64,000 nt of DNA. Source: an uncultured Candidatus Saccharibacteria bacterium. GTDB taxonomy: Bacteria; Patescibacteriota; Saccharimonadia; CAZHVB01. A model generated the notes under the pieces. The model did not search any database. It worked only from the letters and a program-made list of their open reading frames with translations, and was not told the origin of the DNA. The stretch lies in NCBI GenBank assembly GCA_964600295.1, contig CAZRIY010000001.1, positions 24,810-88,809 of the forward strand, read 5' to 3'. Shown here piece by piece: positions 63,689-64,000 of the stretch. Numbering within the stretch: the stretch's first letter is position 1; every line of letters starts with the position of its first letter. Position numbers and translations under genes: made by a program.

Positions 63689-64000
63689 GCAGATCAATAC
63701 TCTCCTACTTGATTGGCTGGAACACTTGGAAATCGAGCAAAACCGCTCCCAGCGGACAATCACCAATTATCATCACTATTTGCAACGGTTCGTCGAATTC
63801 TCCGGTGATATAGCGGTAACTAAGATTGATTCGGAACTTATACGGCGTTGGCGGTTATGGCTCAACCGCTTGGCCGATGACACCGGCCGCCCCCTGGGTA
63901 AAGCCACCCAAAACTACCATCTGATAGCCTTGAGGTCATTCCTCCGCTATCTGGCCAAGCGTGATATTGACAGTTTAGCTTCAGATAAGATAGAGCTGGC
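63687..64000 (+). CDS. Tyrosine recombinase (XerC/XerD/phage-integrase family), N-terminal SAM-like domain; partial, continues past the window end
   Basis: ..WLEHLEIEQNRSQRTITNYHHYLQRFVEF.....LRSFLRYL.. matches the integrase N-terminal core-binding domain. The ATGA overlaps the GIY-YIG gene. Confidence 0.7.
   Translation, partial: MQINTLLLDWLEHLEIEQNRSQRTITNYHHYLQRFVEFSGDIAVTKIDSELIRRWRLWLNRLADDTGRPLGKATQNYHLIALRSFLRYLAKRDIDSLASDKIEL

Overview
Compact, gene-dense bacterial chromosome segment, standard genetic code, about 50% GC. The gene content looks like a Candidate Phyla Radiation / Patescibacteria genome, possibly Saccharibacteria-like. That inference rests on the giant surface proteins, a type IV pilus ATPase, MurT/GatD, small four-helix-bundle proteins, many hypotheticals, and minimal metabolism.

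The first ~41 kb is mostly housekeeping:
- Protein genes: a partial UvrD-like helicase, argS, smpB, a PilB/GspE ATPase, the infC-rpmI-rplT operon, rnhA, an M50 site-2 protease, rpmB, lepB, gatD-murT, miaA, thrS, rplY, wecA-like and GT2 glycosyltransferases, an M23 peptidase with FG-GAP repeats, sodC, a PrsA-like foldase, ndk, a NUDIX hydrolase and uppP.
- RNA genes: RNase P RNA (rnpB) with an excellent promoter and terminator, and eight tRNAs (Pro-GGG, Val-CAC, Val-GAC, Asp-GTC, Thr-CGT, Gly-CCC, Arg-CCT).
- Two tRNA-associated accessory islets that look like decayed mobile elements:
  - After tRNA-Val(GAC): a RelB/RelE pair, an RHH protein, a replication-relaxation family protein and iteron-like direct repeats in AT-rich DNA.
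  - After tRNA-Arg(CCT): an 18-nt att-like duplicate of the tRNA 3' end plus a DinJ/YafQ TA pair.
- Other oddities: a frameshifted, internally deleted comM remnant, a family of GC-rich palindromic repeats, and a (GGCTTT)6 hexanucleotide microsatellite shared by the overlapping 3' end of ndk and 5' end of a NUDIX gene.

The last third of the window (41.1-62.9 kb) is the stand-out. It holds two tandem, paralogous giant genes of 2881 and 4302 aa. Each encodes:
- a proline-rich cytoplasmic N-terminus (plus a zinc ribbon in the larger one);
- a single transmembrane anchor and a coiled coil;
- a huge extracellular region built from phage-tail-fibre-like GNVGIGTTxP..KLxV modules;
- a shared ~110-aa C-terminal lectin-like domain, and in the larger protein an endosialidase-type intramolecular-chaperone (SDERLK) domain.

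The two genes share a ~0.75-kb stretch that is about 98% identical, and both contain internally repeated modules. A GIY-YIG nuclease gene and a tyrosine-recombinase gene sit divergently upstream. I interpret this as a recombinationally variable cell-surface fibre (host-attachment) system.
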